From positions 27,838,001-27,902,000 of the forward strand of contig NC_086124.1 in NCBI RefSeq assembly GCF_963921235.1: 64,000 nt of DNA, written 5' to 3'. The notes beneath the pieces were generated by a model. The model searched no databases. It worked only from the letters and a program-made list of their open reading frames with translations, and had not been told where the DNA came from. The position numbers and the translations under genes are program-made. Shown one piece after another: positions 62,561 to 64,000 of this stretch. Source of the DNA: Mobula hypostoma. Its lineage: Eukaryota. How positions within the stretch are numbered: the first letter of the stretch is position 1; each line of letters starts with the position of its first letter.

Positions 62561-64000
62561 AATTTACGACCTTGTGGTGATCAGCATGGTCCAGTTGGGC
62601 TGAAGAGCCCATATCTGTATTACTCCATGACTGATGTAGAAAGGGGAGTTACTGGTCCTCACCAGATTACAGCAGGATTCTGTTCCTGCGAAACAATCAT
62701 AACCTGAATGGGTTGAAAATGTGAACCAAATCACCCAATCATGTGGCAGCAACTCAATGCATCAAAGCATGCAGACAAGGCCAAGAGGTCCAGTTGTTGT
62801 TCAGACCAAACATCAGATTGGGGAAGAAATGTGATCCAAGTGACTTTCACCATGGAATCTAGTGAAGTTGGCGCCTGTGTACAACGTCCCCCTGGTCGAC
62901 ATCTACCAGATAGTCCATGAAACTGTTTATTTCACTTCTTTTACTTCTGCTTTTCATCTTAAATGTGTTTCTAGAACTGTTAAGAGCCTGTGATTTAGAG
63001 TTTGGAGATCAATTGGGTGACCTAGTGCTTTGCTGTCTCCAGGAAGATTCCAGGAAGCTCAAACAGCCTCAGGGCGAAGCAGCTTAAAGATAAGGTAGGG
63101 GCCAATGATCGAGTCCCTTTTGCCGAGTAAAGTGTCGAGGAAGATTGAATCTGAGGCAACTGCTTGCCTTTTGATTGCAGGGATGGATTTCTCTGCTGTC
63201 AGAGGAGTCTGTGTAGTGCCTTTCACTCACTGTTGTTGGAGGGTAGGCCTCTGTGTTTGAGTGGTCTCTCTCTCTCTCTCTCGCTGTTGGTCAGAGGACA
63301 TCACCAAGGTTCTGAATTTATGGATTGGACTATGGACTTCCAGTCTTATGATTTTTATATTCTATGTTTTCCCCTGTTCTTTCACCTTGTTATTGCATAG
63401 CATGTTTTGTTAGTTTTTTGTGTGGGGGAGGGGGTTTAGGGCTTGATGTTTTTGTTAGTTTTTTACGTGACGGAGTGGGGTTTAGATGGGTTGATGTTCT
63501 TGTAGCATTTTGATTTTTTTGTGCAGGGTGGGGGTTTGATGCTCCTGTTCAGTTTTGTTTTTTTTTGTGCCGGGGGGGGGGGGGGTTTGATGTTTATCTT
63601 TGAATGACTTCCACGGATTTCTTTTTTTCATGGCTATCTGGAGAAATGAATCTCAGAGTTGATACTGAATACATAGTTTGATAATAAGTGAACCTTTGAA
63701 CGATGCTGATGCACGACAGGGTGGTTTGAGTATCTCAGAAATTGTTGAGTTCCCGGGATTTTCAGGCACAAGTCTTAAGTTTAAAGTGAACAGTGTGAAA
63801 AACAAACCAAAAAAATTATCTACTGAGTGGCAGTTGTGGGCAAAAATGCCTTGTTAGTGTGATTTCAGAGGAGAATGGCCAGACTGGTTCCAGCTAACAG
63901 GAACACAATAGTAACTCAAAGAACCGCCTGTTACAATTGTAGTGTGCAGAAGAGCGTCAGTGAACGCAAACATTTCGAACCTTGAAGTGGATGGGCTACA

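Noticed and set aside
62660-62705. Small minus-strand exon upstream of the TM exon
   Set aside because: AG..GT-bounded lengths of 41 or 23 nt are not phase-compatible, and there is no Ig content.

Overview
Eukaryotic, repeat-saturated vertebrate DNA. The repeat families and the gene content point to a cartilaginous fish (inference). Nearly all of the 64 kb is nested transposon debris: CR1, RTE, Rex1/Babar-type, L1/Tx1, Hero and Nimb/I LINEs, Penelope elements, a Gmr1-like Gypsy element, a solo LTR, hAT and Tc1. Embedded in it is an MHC locus that looks like the 'W-category' rather than classical class II. (1) An intact four-exon alpha-chain gene on + (15480-27452, 264 aa) has class II-type leader/alpha1/alpha2/TM organisation but a beta-2-microglobulin-like alpha2 domain. 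(2) A disabled beta1-domain exon on - (11161-11424) carries a class I-type GYDGKD motif, lies head-to-head with the alpha gene and is absent from the ORF track. (3) The transmembrane exon (and probably the tail exon) of a second, convergent class II-type chain lies on - near 57.8-60.8 kb; its 5' exons must be beyond the window. Penelope terminal repeats carry minimal hammerhead ribozyme motifs. No rRNA, true tRNA or CRISPR features were seen. All alignments were done by eye; no database searches were run.
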